A stretch of 64,000 nt of DNA from Paragordius varius (taxonomy: Eukaryota; Animalia; Nematomorpha). The translations under genes and the position numbers were made by a program. The notes beneath the pieces are model-generated. The model made no database searches and was not told where the DNA came from. It saw only the letters and a program-made list of their open reading frames with translations. Each line of letters starts with the position of its first letter. Position 1 is the stretch's first letter. The stretch lies in contig OZ176051.1 in assembly GCA_964247055.1 (NCBI GenBank), positions 7,998,001 to 8,062,000 on the forward strand. Direction: 5' to 3'. Positions 23,685-37,918 of the stretch are shown piece after piece.

Positions 23685-26600
23685 ATGGATCCAAAAAATA
23701 ATTTGCATGAACGCTTAAGCCAAATCATCTTTGGTGATTCGTCTTTAACAGAGGTGGAGCGTCGATTCTTACATGCTGCAGAAAAAGGAGATTTTCTTAC
23801 CCTCCAAGACATATTGGACAAAAATGCGGGACTTAACGTAAATTGTGTCGATTACTTAGGGCGTAGCGCTATACAACTGGCTGTGGTGGAGGAACACACT
23901 GAAATAATTGATTACTTAATACCCAGATTGCAACCACAAAAGGTGGGTGAATCATGGTTAGATGCCATAGATCGAGGAAACCTTACAATCTGCGAGCAAA
24001 TCCTAAATCATCCTGTAAATAAAAATACAAGGATCAAAAATCAACTGCTTGGTAATGATAGCTTCTTTAGTACCGAAACAGAGAATCTCCGATTTTCTGC
24101 CGATATGTCCCCAATTATATTGGCTTCGCATAGAAACAATGTTAAACTCATTCAATTATTGTTGGCTAATGGGGCGGTTATCCCACGTCCGCATGCATAT
24201 GATTGTAAATGTACAAGTTGCAGTAATCAAAGAACGTTTGATTCTGTAAGACATTCCCGGTCCCGCTTGAATGCATACAAGGGTTTAGCCAGCGCATCAT
24301 ACATGAGCCTATCAAGCGCTGATCCTTTGAAGACAGCGTTTGAATTAAGCAAAGAACTGGCTGAACTGTCTAAAGTCGAAAAAGAATTCAAGGTATAATT
24401 TAATTTAAAATATTTTGTATAAAACAGTTTTCTATATAACTTTTGAAAACCAAGTTTTTGGGTCTAAAGTTAACTTTTTATATTTGATGTGCCACTAATT
24501 AGTGGGATATATGTGTTGCTGCAGTCAACGTTGACTTTACAATATTGTTAATAAAATTTTTAGTTAATGTCGAGTTCTAAAGATGCATTGGAAAGCGTTT
24601 ATCCTATTTATTATTATATTATTAGCAGTTAGGGTTGGAAATCCAACCGGTAAAAAATTAGCTGACTTAATAAATGGACTTATTCATGGTTCATAACCAG
24701 CCAATTAATGTTGTGCATTTGTGCTTTTAACTTCTTTTCGTTTGACAGAGAGGCAAATTTGGGCCTATAAAAATTAGAACTCTCCGAATGAAACCACTCA
24801 TATTAGCTGCAATCTAGTTTGCTCAGAACCTGCTATAGACACGACGTTTGATTGAAATTATTTATATTAAAAACTTTTTAGAATGTTTTTGATGAAGTCT
24901 TGAAAAACGCTTAAGTCACTTAATTTTTCAAACACATTACTAAAAGTTTAGATCAACTTAAAGATCCATCTAAAAATCATATCTCGTTCATTTACAACGC
25001 TATCAATCAAACATAATGAAATTATTTTGATACTCCATAGTAAAATTTTAAATGGCAAAATAATATTAGACTGAATATGTTAACCTAAGCGATCAATGTA
25101 AAGATTACTGCGTGGAACTAGAAAATTTATGCCGTTCCACCAATGAACTCATTACATTGTTGCAAGGAAAATCGTCTTTAAAATCAAAGTCAAATTTCGG
25201 TGGTAATATGGCCCCAGATACCATAAGCAACATTGATGCCTTCAGTGCCGAGGATATCGACGGTGCTGAATTAAATATGCTTAAAATTGCAATTAAAACA
25301 AAACAAAAAAAGGTATTTCAATTTTTTTGTTTGTCTTTCTTACTGGGTAACACACGTCTACTTTATTTATATGTTAACTCCATCTATCATTAGAAATTAG
25401 ATATATTTTTGCTAAAAAATATAGACTCTGCATTTATTGATGATTTTTGAAAGAGCTTATGATGCACGTATGTAAAAAAATATTTATAATGTCTAAAATA
25501 GACATATTTTTTGATCGACATAAATTATTTATGTGATATCATAATGAATTTAATAGCTTTGATTACATTTAAGGTATTTAACATCTTTAATAAATCATTT
25601 TATATCATCCAGTTTGGCTGAAAAATAATTTTTACTATAAATTTGAGCAATAAATTATATATGAATAAAATGGAAAGCAAATTGTGTTAACGATAGAGAG
25701 GCTATTACATATTTTATAAAAAAATAAAATATATTGAACTGGATCGATATAATATTATAAAGGATCTAAATCTGATACAATATTATATCGGACAAAAAAA
25801 TGGAAAGATTATAGTAAGATTTATATTATACGATTTAAATCGAGCTTTTAATAATATGGAAATATTCATAATTACCAAAATGATTCGCACATTAGTTATT
25901 TTTTAAAATAGTTAACCATATGCATAAACACTTAATTATCTTTTCACTGTTTTGTCCTAGTTTACATATTGGGGCAATTTAATATCCCAGAGCAATTTTG
26001 TAAAAAACTACAGTTAAAGTTATTTTAGTTAAAATTAAAATATCAAACATTGTTTTCATGTATTAGATAAAAAGACTTATTACTTGGCTTTTAGAGTATA
26101 AAATTGGGGCAGCTCCAAACACAGTTGAAAGTAACAGCTGGTATTAAAATCAAAATATATCAAGTTAATGCTGGTAAATAGCCTGAAAGCTTTTCAACGT
26201 TAATTATTTACATTTTCTAACCATATTATATATTTATTTGCATGTTGCATTAGCGTAAAAAATTTAAAAAAAATAGCGGCTAAAAGGTTGAGATAAGTTA
26301 TTTACAATTGTAAATTTTAATTTTGCAAATAACTCTATGGCTAAAGAAAGTATATTTTTTAACTCGGCTTAATACCTTAACTTCTTTTTAAGATATTCAA
26401 ATTTCAAATCGCTGTGGAAAATCCCAAAATGTAGTAGATATAACGATAAATATTTCGAAACAACTTAATGTTAGTTCATCATAATTATTTTATATAACTT
26501 CACAAAAATTCGAAATTGAGGATTTGTTAAAAAACAGCCGTGTCCTTAAAATTAGCGGAAACCTATATGGACTGCATTTTAAATTACCTCCAACAATAGG

Positions 26601-29600
26601 AATTTATTATTGCATTTTACTGGAAAATATATGAGATATTTGAGATGTTAAAAATACTTACTACAATTGCTGAAAATTACTAACGTCTCAAAATTTTTAA
26701 ATTATAATTAATTTTCTTGCGCTAGATATCTTGCGGCATAACATTTAAATTTACAATATTCACACGTTTTATGCAAATTCTGATTTGTCAAAAACATTAA
26801 AATATTGCTATATTTCATTAAAAATGCAATTTAGGCGTTTCCTAAAGCAATTTTTTCGCAAACTTTAGTATTGTTTAAAATTTTTTATCATGCTATTCAA
26901 CTTTTATGCGTTATAAGGATAGAGCATATTTTGTTTTAATTTTAAAACAAATAGAAATAATAAAATTTTGTAAAATATATGTGCCATGCGCCGATCGATT
27001 TTGATTTTAGCTTTGAAATATTGTATTTTGAAGTAAAAACCCTTTTGAAATAATACCAGCCAAATACTGAGATTTTTAATAATAAAAAGGGGTGTTAAAC
27101 ACACAGCCCATAGGTCACACGTGCCCTTTTATTACATTCCATTTGTCCTATGAAATATTTTAAACACACCAAATGACTAAATTCCATAAAGTGTTATGCT
27201 ATTGGCCAAATTTTAATATAATAGTCTTATAAAAATAAATCTAAATACTTTTTCAAATTTTGGACACCTAGCGAAAATTCCGAAAAAGGTATATTTATTA
27301 TTGTGTTCCTAAAATTATATGGTCCTAAGTTTGATATTAGTTTGTCCATATCTCGAATGGCGCGTGAGGTCATTCCTTATGAAGACCCCTAATTATAAAG
27401 CTAAAATTTCTATAATTCATTACCAAATCCTTTAATGTAGCAAAATAATATCTATTTTGTTTTATATACGAGTTTACTATATTTTTAATTTTACATAGTT
27501 ATCAATGGGATTCATCCTATTTATGTCAAAAATAAATGTTTATTGAGGAAATATGTCAAAAACATTTATTTTAACTGTAAAAAAAACGATAAAATTATTA
27601 TTAAAGTTGATTTATATTATAACTTTTGTTTGTATAATTCATTTAATTTTATACGGTAGTTTATAGCTCATCCAAGCTGCCAACAACAATTATCCAATTT
27701 TTGGTATCGAGGCTTTCCATTTTGGCAACATAGTCATTTTCTTATGAAAGCAATTATAGTGATACTTATGACGATATTTTTACCATTAATCGTGTTAACA
27801 TACTATGTTGTGCCCTATAAAGGAGTAAAATAATCATTTTTACAAAAAGCGAAAACATTATTTTTATATAGAGTATAATTTATACCTAAACAATTATTAA
27901 TAGTTATAAAAGGTCGCAATTTGCCTATTATACCATAAGATATATAAATATGCTTTAAATCAAGTTATTGCGCGATTTTACGATCCATAATTTTTATCGG
28001 TGCTTTTCCTAATTTTACATTAAATTTCGGTTTATGTATACAAACGAAAAGTATAACACATATTTGGGTCTACATAGTGTTTTTTTATTTTGCTTGTTAC
28101 AAATTAGATCAAACGCTGGCTCCAAAGTCCCATCATGAAATTTGTTATGCATGTGATGTCCCACATTGTGTTTTTACTATTGTTAGGACTTTTGAGTGTA
28201 CGGAATGATCAACTATTTAGACAAGCTTTAGGTTTGCCACCGCTTAATATGGCGAATCTTTCGCTTCATTTGCAAAAGGAGGAGTCGCAATACCTCTATC
28301 TCTTTAGTATCATACATCTTTTGGTCGTTCTATGGGTGATAGGTAATTAATTTTTCAAGGGATATGTAATATATTAAAAAATGATTATAAAATATTATAA
28401 GTTAATTGCTGGTGATATTACTTGCCTATAAAGATATACCATTCCATTATTAGTAAACCACGTATAAAATAACACCTGTACTAAGATTGGGCAATGAAAT
28501 GGCAATTAGGACATAAGGATTGTAAACTTTTTGTTTCCAGAATACCAATTTATTTTTGTATATATTTTACCTATTGTTCTAGCATTCAATATTTTTAACA
28601 TGAAGAATGATTATTTATTGCTTCAATATTTTACCAATATTTATCAGTAATAATTTTTAAATTTATCTGTTTTTTCTTTTTATCAATTTTATAAATATTA
28701 TTTGATCCAAATACTTGCATCCATTCTACAAGGAAAAATGTTGGTTTTTTATAATCAGTACTAAAAATATTTATTATTAGCCAACAATAAAGTATTTTTG
28801 GGATAAAAACCGATCAAAATTGCCTACCTTTTTATAAACATACTTGTTATATGCGACCCATCATAATAAATAAACATTCAATATTAATTATGCGGGCAGC
28901 GCATTAACCGTTATAGTAGATCTCTTAAATTGAGGTGTAAACAAGAGTAGAGTAACAAATGTATAATTGTTAAAAAAATCTTTATATATTTTAAATTAGT
29001 TTTAATTAATTATCTAAATTTAAAATAATTTAAAGTACACAATTTGAAAGTTTACAAAAAGCTGTAAGATTTTATCATTTCAAAAATTTAGTAATAAATG
29101 GGTAGCAGGACATTAGAAAGAGTTAATATAATGAAATAAAGATTTAACGACAAAAACCATTTAAAATAATATAGAATATATTTTTACAACCGGTGATACG
29201 TCAAATAGCATTTTGATTGCCGATTTAGGGTGTTAAATGATTGTACTTGTTTTTTAAAATTTTTTTACTCTGCTATGAACATTGTTTTAAGAGCAGAATA
29301 TAAAACATGTGATTGCTTTCAGTACTTGAACCTATTTATAATAAAATAACCATATTTCATTTTTTTGTAAAGGAAATTCATGATTAATTAAATATTTTTT
29401 ACGTTTTGTTTCAATATGAGTGGGTTCATTGCCTAATTGTTACTATCTTGAAACGATATTAAATGATTGAATCTTCAAAAGGTTTTTAATTTTATGGCAA
29501 ATGCTTGGAATATTTGGTATAGGGGTCCTTAAAACTTGGAATAATTAATATAGGGGTTTTTAAAAAATTAGTCTTATACCCAATTTGATGACAATAATTT

Positions 29601-32600
29601 TTTAGATGTACGATCCATAAAAATTTAATGGTCACTATAGGTTATGTTGGATAATTCGTACCCTTTTAAGGTGTTAGACTGCAAATTTAGATCATCACTA
29701 TCAGCCCCGGGAAGGAGAGTGTTATATAAATTTTAGAATAAAAAACGCCTTAAACTCTTACATTTTTAATTTATCACAAGGGTTTTTGGTAAATGAAGTC
29801 ACCCAAATCTACGAGGAAGGACCAATGAATTATTTGGTGGATTGGTGGAATTATTTAGATTTCAATTTATGTCTGTTTTACATTGCAGCATACACCACCC
29901 TATTTACCATTTATTTTCGAATAAACAAGGAGATAAGTTTAACATCGTTTCAACAATTTTTGGCTGACATTGAAGGGCGTAACGGCAGAAGAGGTTATTA
30001 TTACATTTAATTATTTTATAAAATATCGTTAGGGATTGAAACAGGAATAGTTGTTTCTATACCGAGTTTTTAGCTATGAGTGCGGCTTGTGAGATTTGTT
30101 TGCCAAACACTTTAAATTTTGATATAATAGAGCAATGAATCTATAATTTAATTAGAATAAATTATATATAGCTCCATCGTTAGAGACCCCGATAGCAATA
30201 TTTAATGTTTTCTTTTCGTTTGCTAACGTCATGAGCTTCATTCGAATGGCTTATTTTCTACCAGCTAATGAACAGGTCGGACCATTACAAATCAGTTTGG
30301 GACGAATGGTGGAGGATGTAATAAAATTTGGATTCATCCTAATCCTTGTTATAATGGCATTTATCTGTGCAATGACCAATCTGTATGGTATGTATAGCAG
30401 GGAAGGCAGCAACAACTTTTTTACATCGTATGTTATATTTTTTATATGATATAATTCAAAATCAGGTGTGTCCATCCGGCCCTCCAAAAAGTTTTGCTAC
30501 CCGCGAAAAATTTCAAATGAAAATAATTGAATTAATTTTCTTAAACAAATCTGAATAAGTGTTTCCTGGTAATGAACTAGCGAAAATTGTTAAAATATTT
30601 TACAGTCTTTACAAATCTAATAAAATATTGGTAAATAACCATATATTTTCGAATTGGCCCGTTTTTGATTCCGAAATGCGGCCCACAAAGCCATTTGTGT
30701 TGGACACCCTTGTTCTTAAAATATGTAACTAATAAATTATAGTTTAAGATATATACCTCTTTAAATTTTTTAAGAATGTGTACAACTTGATCAAAAATTA
30801 AAATTTTCAATCATGCCTATTATAAAACAATGTTTTTCATCCTAATGTAGGCTCGAGGGTACGTTTCGCATATTGTATTGGTCTACTTTTGGTATGGGTG
30901 ATCCGAATGCTCCTAAATTTGATGGTAGTCAAAGAGTGCTTATACAAAATGCTGGATATATTTTGTATGGGGCTTATGTGGCTACATCGGTAGTCGTTTT
31001 AATTAATATGCTTATAGCCATGATGACGGATTCCTTTGAAGAAATCAAAGTTAAAATAAATTTATAATTACATTTTACCACGTAATTTTAATTAGAATTT
31101 GCCTATGAAACTTTGTATTGATTTTAGCAAGATGAAGACGTGGAATGGAAATATGCAAGGACTCGACTTTGGATGTCATTCATTCAGGAGAAAGAATTTT
31201 TGCCTGTCCCGTTTAATATAATACCGTCACCGTCGTTCTTTAAAATAATACCCAATACCGTTGCTCAATTTATAAAATATGTTAGAAATAAAGTTCTGCT
31301 AAAATCTAGTATGGGTGATGACGCCAAACTATTTAATGTATGCTACTTGTTTATTCTATTTTAACTCTCTCTGTATGACGTCGAAGCATATCAATTTTTA
31401 AACACACATGCATTTTGAAGGAGCAAATGTTTCAATATTAAATAATGGCAAAATATATGTTTCCTATTTAGAGTCAATGTTATTTTGTTTTTTGCTTAAA
31501 TGAGGGTTGCATTATACCCCTAACGTATATAACCTAAGAATGCATGATGATCAATTATTATAATTAGTTTACAGGCGCTGTTTATAAAAAAGGTTATAGA
31601 GGGAGAGAAGTCATTATAGGGGACGACTGTATATAGGTAATATTAATTTTACAATTATTTTTAATTACCTTGCAACATATCGCTACTGTCTGTACACAAA
31701 ATTTTTTATACAACGGGCTAAACTCAGTTATTTGACTTATAAGATTCCAAAACAGTTACGAATTATTTTTCTCTTAACTATGATTTTCTTTATAAAAAAC
31801 AAAATTTATTTTTTAAACGCATGATATATTAGCAGCTTGTTTTTTGAGGTTTTAAAATACATTAAATATTTTAAGAAAACGGGTTGGTAGTAAATATCCA
31901 TAAACATTTATTTTTTTAATTTCAGTTTATATTTGATTTTAACACATGGTGGAAATTTATGTTATTTTTAAAATTTTATTAATGGAGCTTGAGTGTTAAA
32001 AATTTTATGGTTGGGCTTTTGGGCGTCCAAACCGGTGGAACCGGTCAATAGGAATCATGTTAAAGCATACCAAAATAAAAATTCATGAAAATTTTGAATT
32101 CATATGATTGATTATAATATATTTTTTGCAGAAAAATCGAAATTTAGCGACTGGATTAAATCGTGAAAATTTTAGAGATGGGATCATGGACGAAAAATAT
32201 GACGTATATATTTTTAAATTGTAAACAAAATTAAAATGAAATCATGCTTAAATATTTTAACACTTCGATTCGAATTGGGGTAAACACGGCTCCAATTTAA
32301 ATTTATGCTTTTATTAAAATTATATAAATAACAAAATATTTAAATAGAATTTGATTTTTGAATGTATGAAAATATTTCTCGCCATTTTTATTATAAAATT
32401 TTTGCAAACTATTTATTAAAATAACCTACATTATTATAAATAAAAAAAGTATATTTTGAATTTTTTTATTTTTATGGACACATGTCATTCATGGTGGCTT
32501 GGGTTTTACCTCTGAATAAATAATATCAAGTATTTTTGAATGATTTTTTCCCGTTTATTAATAGTATATAAGTATAAACTTTTGTCATATTTTCAATTTA

Positions 32601-34101
32601 TTCCATATTTTTTAAAATATATAATTTTAATCAAGCCTGAAGTATCCAACGACCCCAATTTGAATCGAAAGACTGAAATTTGAATCCAAGTGTTAAATAT
32701 ATTGTTTTTATATTAAACATACAGAAATGTTTTAAAAGTTCAAATAATATAGGGTGCAAATATGTATAATATTTATTTTAAAGATCATTATGAGAAAAAT
32801 TATCAGAAGGTTCCTCCATTCCATACTCTATTCAGGCGTTCAACAGAATGAAGGTATAAATTAAAAATAAATTGTTATATGCCAGAGACTAGGTGCAAAA
32901 CTGTTTTTGTGAGAATTCCAAAATTTTTAAACTGTTTTAATGTGATTATTTTGCGAGTTGAACCATCAAAACTGAAACTGTGGTATTATTTACCATTTTT
33001 AATACAGAAAATTTAAGCTCATTTATTTGCTATATAGTTTTTATATTATTTCAATAAGTAATATTTTAGAAAATTCAGAGAAAGTATTAAATAAATTTAT
33101 ATTTTTGCGGTATATTCACATTCTATTAAAAAATATATCTGTTAATTATAGGAAAATAGAATTAAAATAAAAACATTTTACCAAAAGAAGTACTGGAACT
33201 AATTTTTTACGCAAAAACACTGGGATCCTAAATTAAAAAAAACTGATCAACTGGAAACCTATATCCATGATTTAAAACAAATTTTATAATAGTTTATTAT
33301 TACCATATATTTATGAAGTTTGTATTGCTGACTGTGCGGCAAAAATGGGGATCAAAAATAATTGTTTTATCATTCAATAGCTAAAAGGTTCATGATTATG
33401 AGTATCGAATTAATAAATTCGGTGAAAACTCTAGTTTAGATCAAAAATAATTGTTTTATCATTCAGCTAAAAGGTTCAGGATTATGAGTATCGAATTAAT
33501 AAATTCGGTGAAAACTTCTAAAAATTTATTTTTATTTTTCTGCTATTAGCTGAATTTAAAATCACATTATTATGTAAATTACAATAGAGGCAAATACGTC
33601 AATAAATTTGATTTGTATATCATAAACGCGTAGAAGAGTTTCCTTATGATGCATAATGCGATTTTTTTGATTTTGGCCAATAACAGAAAAATAAAAACAA
33701 CCTTTTCCAGATATTTGACCATTTATCATTTCGATTTTTATAATTCTAAAACTTTAAACTTTTGATTTATATTTATGTAATTTTTGCAGGCGCACCGTGC
33801 TATAATACAGCTCTGTGCAATTCATTAGTTTAATTATAAAATTTGATGCTTTACATATAAATTGGCTTATTACTCTTAAGACACAAACTTATTTAAATTT
33901 GTGTCTATATCTATATTGATAACAGGTGAGTCACTTGAAGTCAAATACAGCCTCTTGAAATCAAGCAATGAAAAAATGAAAAATGAATTGATTGAGATAA
34001 AGAACATGCTAGCTGATATGATTGAAATTAAATATCCCAATTATCTACAACCACGAAGATCATTTAACGTTGGTGTGAAGGATAATTTGAAATTTATTTA
34101 A
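23685..34101 (+). CDS. TRPC: Canonical TRP cation channel, TRPC3/6/7-like, 11 exons, ~848 aa
   Basis: Exons 23685-24392, 25070-25312, 27660-27824, 28108-28342, 29781-29993, 30172-30427, 30851-31049, 31128-31337, 32132-32203, 32784-32853, 33926-34101 join with consistent phases (2547 nt). Ankyrin repeats ([17 protein letters not shown]), HxxxCxCxxC zinc motif, [40 protein letters not shown] box EWKYAR. Confidence 0.95.
30463..30712. mobile_element. hAT/Charlie-like MITE in TRPC intron 6
   Basis: Imperfect TIRs CAGGTGTGTCCA / TGGACACCCTTG; a related end CAGGGGTGTCCAACACAAATGGC lies at 37746; TSD poor. Confidence 0.5.
32257..32696. mobile_element. TTAA-ended MITE family copy in TRPC intron 9
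   Basis: TTAACACTTCGATTCG...ATCCAAGTGTTAA. Confidence 0.7.
33349..33516. repeat. ~89-bp tandem duplication in TRPC intron 10
   Basis: GATCAAAAATAATTGTTTTATCATTC...TTCGGTGAAAACT occurs twice at offset ~89-90. Confidence 0.85.
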
Positions 34102-35186
34102 AAAAATAAATTCACTGTTTTTCGTTCATTTAGTTGATATTCAGCTTACACATCATATTTCCGTTAGAATTTTATGGTAAAAATGGTATAATGTTACATA
34201 CAGTACATGTATTTGAAGTGATTAATTTATAAGTTTTTGAAAATGCTTTAAATGGCATCATTTGAGATGTAATGGCAATAATATAAACACCTTGAACATT
34301 TCAACCTTAGTTTAAAAAATATCTTTGTAAAAGCTAAGAAAACATAAAAATAGACCATACTGCAAGAACTATAACTAAATGTTTTCCTTTATTATAATAA
34401 ATAAGAGTAATGATTTTGCTAACTTTCGCTTTAATATACACTTTTAAGAATTCATACATTTTTTAGATCGTGGTTCATTGTATACTAATGTATTTTAGCC
34501 AAACTCTCTGCATTCTGGATTTTATAATTATGTCACACAATCAATAATTGTCAATACATTATATTAAATATTAAAAGGGATTTTACCGATTTTAATGCAC
34601 ATATGACTTATAGACATGGTAATTATTTTATTAACTCGGTTTTAAATATTGTGTTAATGGAAATTTTCTGTGAACTGTGTTGCGAATTGCCCAATTACTA
34701 GGTGAAATAAGCAACCATTAAAATCCATTCTATATAATTCAAAATACTGATTAAACTTAACTGAATTTAATTTTTGTAAAAAATTGATCAGCAGTGAGGG
34801 TGTACCTTGCTATATAGTATGTAAATGAAAATTTTATTATAATATATTTTGGTTGTCAGCTCTAAATTTATTTTAGGTAAAAGATTTTTAGCTTTCACGT
34901 AGTGAATTATTTTATTTCCTTTTAATTCTATTTTTAAAAATGTCTGTAAAATTGCTAATTGTAAAATATTAAATTCTACTGTGGAAAATCGTTGTGTCTA
35001 ATTAATATGTCGTAAATATATAAATCATTTTTTTTAATTTTATTAGTTATTTATACACCCATTAACGTTTAACCGATATTTACCTTGACATTATTTTGCA
35101 TGTTCCAAACGGGTCACAAAAACAATAAAGTCGTAATAATACTGTAATATATTGAATTTCATTTCATGTAACAACACAAATATAAA

Positions 35187-36128
35187 ATGCAACTTTTTTT
35201 GAATATTTTTTGGGTTTTGTTGGGAATTTACGTTTTATCCCTCACCCTAGGAGTGAATGGTCAATCTACAGACGCCCTACCAATAGCTAACACAACGGTG
35301 GCATTAAATTCGACCATTACACTAAATGTAACATTAAATGACCTATTTTCAAGCGCTTTACCCGCAGATACTTCTACGATATCAAATTTGAACAATGCGT
35401 TAAATACTACGTTGGCTCCTTCAACATTGGCCTTTGTAGATGCGGGAAACATCACATCTTCGATACAACCATTAATATTGAATTTAATATTGGATACAAC
35501 ACTGGTAGTCCCAATCTTGAATGCAAGTAATACAACATCTCCCTTAAACAATACAATTCTATCGCTTAATGACACCCAAATATCTAACAACATAAGTGTG
35601 CCCATTATATCCAAAATTTTTGCTGTGGCCCCGACCAACAACATAACAACGTTCTTAAATAATGATACCTCATTGTCAAATGGAACAATTGTAAAAGGAA
35701 ATGAATCATTACAAAAATGTAATCAAACATTAATTCGTCAAATAGGAATAATGTTAGAGGATTTGACATACATAAGGGGAAGAAAATACTCAATAATATT
35801 TATGGTTAGAAAGCAAGTACCATTTTTAATTAAGCAATTAATCACCTATACCTTTTGCTATAATAAGCCTCTTATTCCGTGCTCAATATTTTTTAAAAAG
35901 GAGTTCATTACCTTTGCCAGTCGGCTAAAAGATACTTTAGAATCCAATTCAAATGATACAGATTGTGGGACATCTTACCTATTATGCGTAAAAAATGCGA
36001 TTGATAATTTGGGCGGGGAAAACACAATGTTTCATTTAGTTTCTATGCTTGATGATATAAGTGAAGTTTGTCCAACTTTTATACGAAACAAATTAAGAAA
36101 GGATGCTTTAAAATACGAGCAGAAATAA
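35187..36128 (+). CDS. Secreted 313-aa glycoprotein: signal peptide, N-glycosylation-rich stalk, Cys-containing C-terminal domain
   Basis: Intronless ORF with hydrophobic N-terminus and 16 N-x-S/T sequons; C-terminal ~135 aa clearly homologous to the C-terminus of ORF 40024-57570. Confidence 0.88.
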   Translation: MQLFLNIFWVLLGIYVLSLTLGVNGQSTDALPIANTTVALNSTITLNVTLNDLFSSALPADTSTISNLNNALNTTLAPSTLAFVDAGNITSSIQPLILNLILDTTLVVPILNASNTTSPLNNTILSLNDTQISNNISVPIISKIFAVAPTNNITTFLNNDTSLSNGTIVKGNESLQKCNQTLIRQIGIMLEDLTYIRGRKYSIIFMVRKQVPFLIKQLITYTFCYNKPLIPCSIFFKKEFITFASRLKDTLESNSNDTDCGTSYLLCVKNAIDNLGGENTMFHLVSMLDDISEVCPTFIRNKLRKDALKYEQK

Positions 36129-37745
36129 TGGTTAATTAGCAATGGAGGTGTTGGGTCCTATTAGAGAATTATTTTAAAAAATAATTTTTATTGATGCACT
36201 TAATTAAAATTAATATGCAACTTGTTATTGGTGGTAAACTGAAAATAAATCTAAAACTAAATTGTTAATATTAAAGTTTATTTATTTAGAATATTGCTAT
36301 TTTATGAATCTAATATGATGCCATCGGGTCCATACAAACATATTAATGCCAAGTCGGTAATCCAAATAATAGGGAATTTATATTATAAATTTGGAAAGGT
36401 AATCAGTTTATATATTTCATTGATATAAAATTTGTTTTTCTAAAAACCAAAAAAGATATTTCGATTTTTCAGAAACCACATATGGGCTGAGCCAAAAAAA
36501 GAGGCAAGGAATCATTTGCCTAAAAGAGCTTTTGGCGCAGGATGTTTAGCTCACTACAGTTATAATTCGTAACATTATTTAGAAAAGAATAAGATGAAAT
36601 CAACAAGAATGGTCTTATTATGGGATACTTTAAAATAATTATTAAGATTGAAAAGGTAGTGAAGCAAACAAGGCTGAATGCAAATGTGTGAGGAAGACAT
36701 AATAACAAATCAAACTAAGATGACATTGAAAAAATTAAAATATAGAAAATAAAAACAATGCAAAATAGGATCTAACTTTGGAAACAACCAACCAACTAAC
36801 ATTTTTTCATTAATTTGATATATTTTCGGTGTTTTTAAATTTATATTGAAAATTAAAACCCAAATTTTTGTTCTAACAGATTTGGTTTATTTTAATTCCC
36901 CCATAATAGACCAGGTCAGTCACCATTAATCATTGAGTCCATTTACAAAATATTCGATAAAAGAATAACTGGAGAATAATGTAATCATATTCAATGGTCA
37001 ATAATTGATAGTTAAATATAAAAACACATCAAGATTTTTGTGCTTTTGGTCTTGGGGCTTATGTGTTATTTAAGGAAGTTCTTTATTCTTTTAATCAACA
37101 TATACTGCACATTATATATGTTTATTATTTTAATGAAAGCTACTTCATACCAAAAATCGGATAGGATCTTTTAAAACTGAGATTGCTCGATTAATTACAA
37201 AAATGTATAATTTGCTTTAAAATTTTGTTTTAGTACATTTTGTTGAAGCGTATTTTATGATATTTTGAAGCACGTGAAAATAGTGTATGCATAAAAAAGC
37301 CTTTATTCGATGATCATGAAGTTTCTTACACCTGGGAGTTTTGATTAAAAGATTCGTTTTCTTTAATTAAAATATAAAGTGACTTATTTAAAAAGATACC
37401 AAAAACAAATGATTTTTCAGGATTCTGTTTCAGTTTCATCAAATTGTGGGGGGAATTTTAACAATGTTTTTACACCGTTTCCTGCTTCAAAGTTAAAAAA
37501 TTTTAATTATGAATTTTTTAAAATTAATTTTTTAATGTCATAATTTAAAATGCATTTAAAATATTTGTGCTATTTCGGCCTTTTAACCTTTATAATAAAA
37601 GCGGTGTTAAGATAATATACACGATATAGAACTATATACTATCCAAAGCGATTCTATTCTAAATATATCTCAAATATCAATGATATTGGGTAAAATATAT
37701 AACCGTAAATTAAAATTTTTATTATGGTATTATAATGGGTTAGAA

Positions 37746-37815
37746 CAGGGGTGTCCAACACAAATGGCTTTAAGAGCCACACTTTCGACCTCAAAAATCC
37801 GAAGAGCCACATTTG
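37746..37815. mobile_element. hAT/Charlie-like element end
   Basis: CAGGGGTGTCCAACACAAATGGCTTT, similar to the reverse complement of 30640-30712. Confidence 0.5.
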
Positions 37816-37918
37816 AATGAATATTTTCACAATTTCTTAGTGATTTTCAGTGTTTTCATTTCTGTAGTCATATTAATAAAACCAGATGCACGGTATTAGC
37901 ATGTTTTTTTATATTATA

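Noticed and set aside
35261-35793. Minus-strand ORFs overlapping the 313-aa gene
   Set aside because: Antisense shadows of the real ORF.
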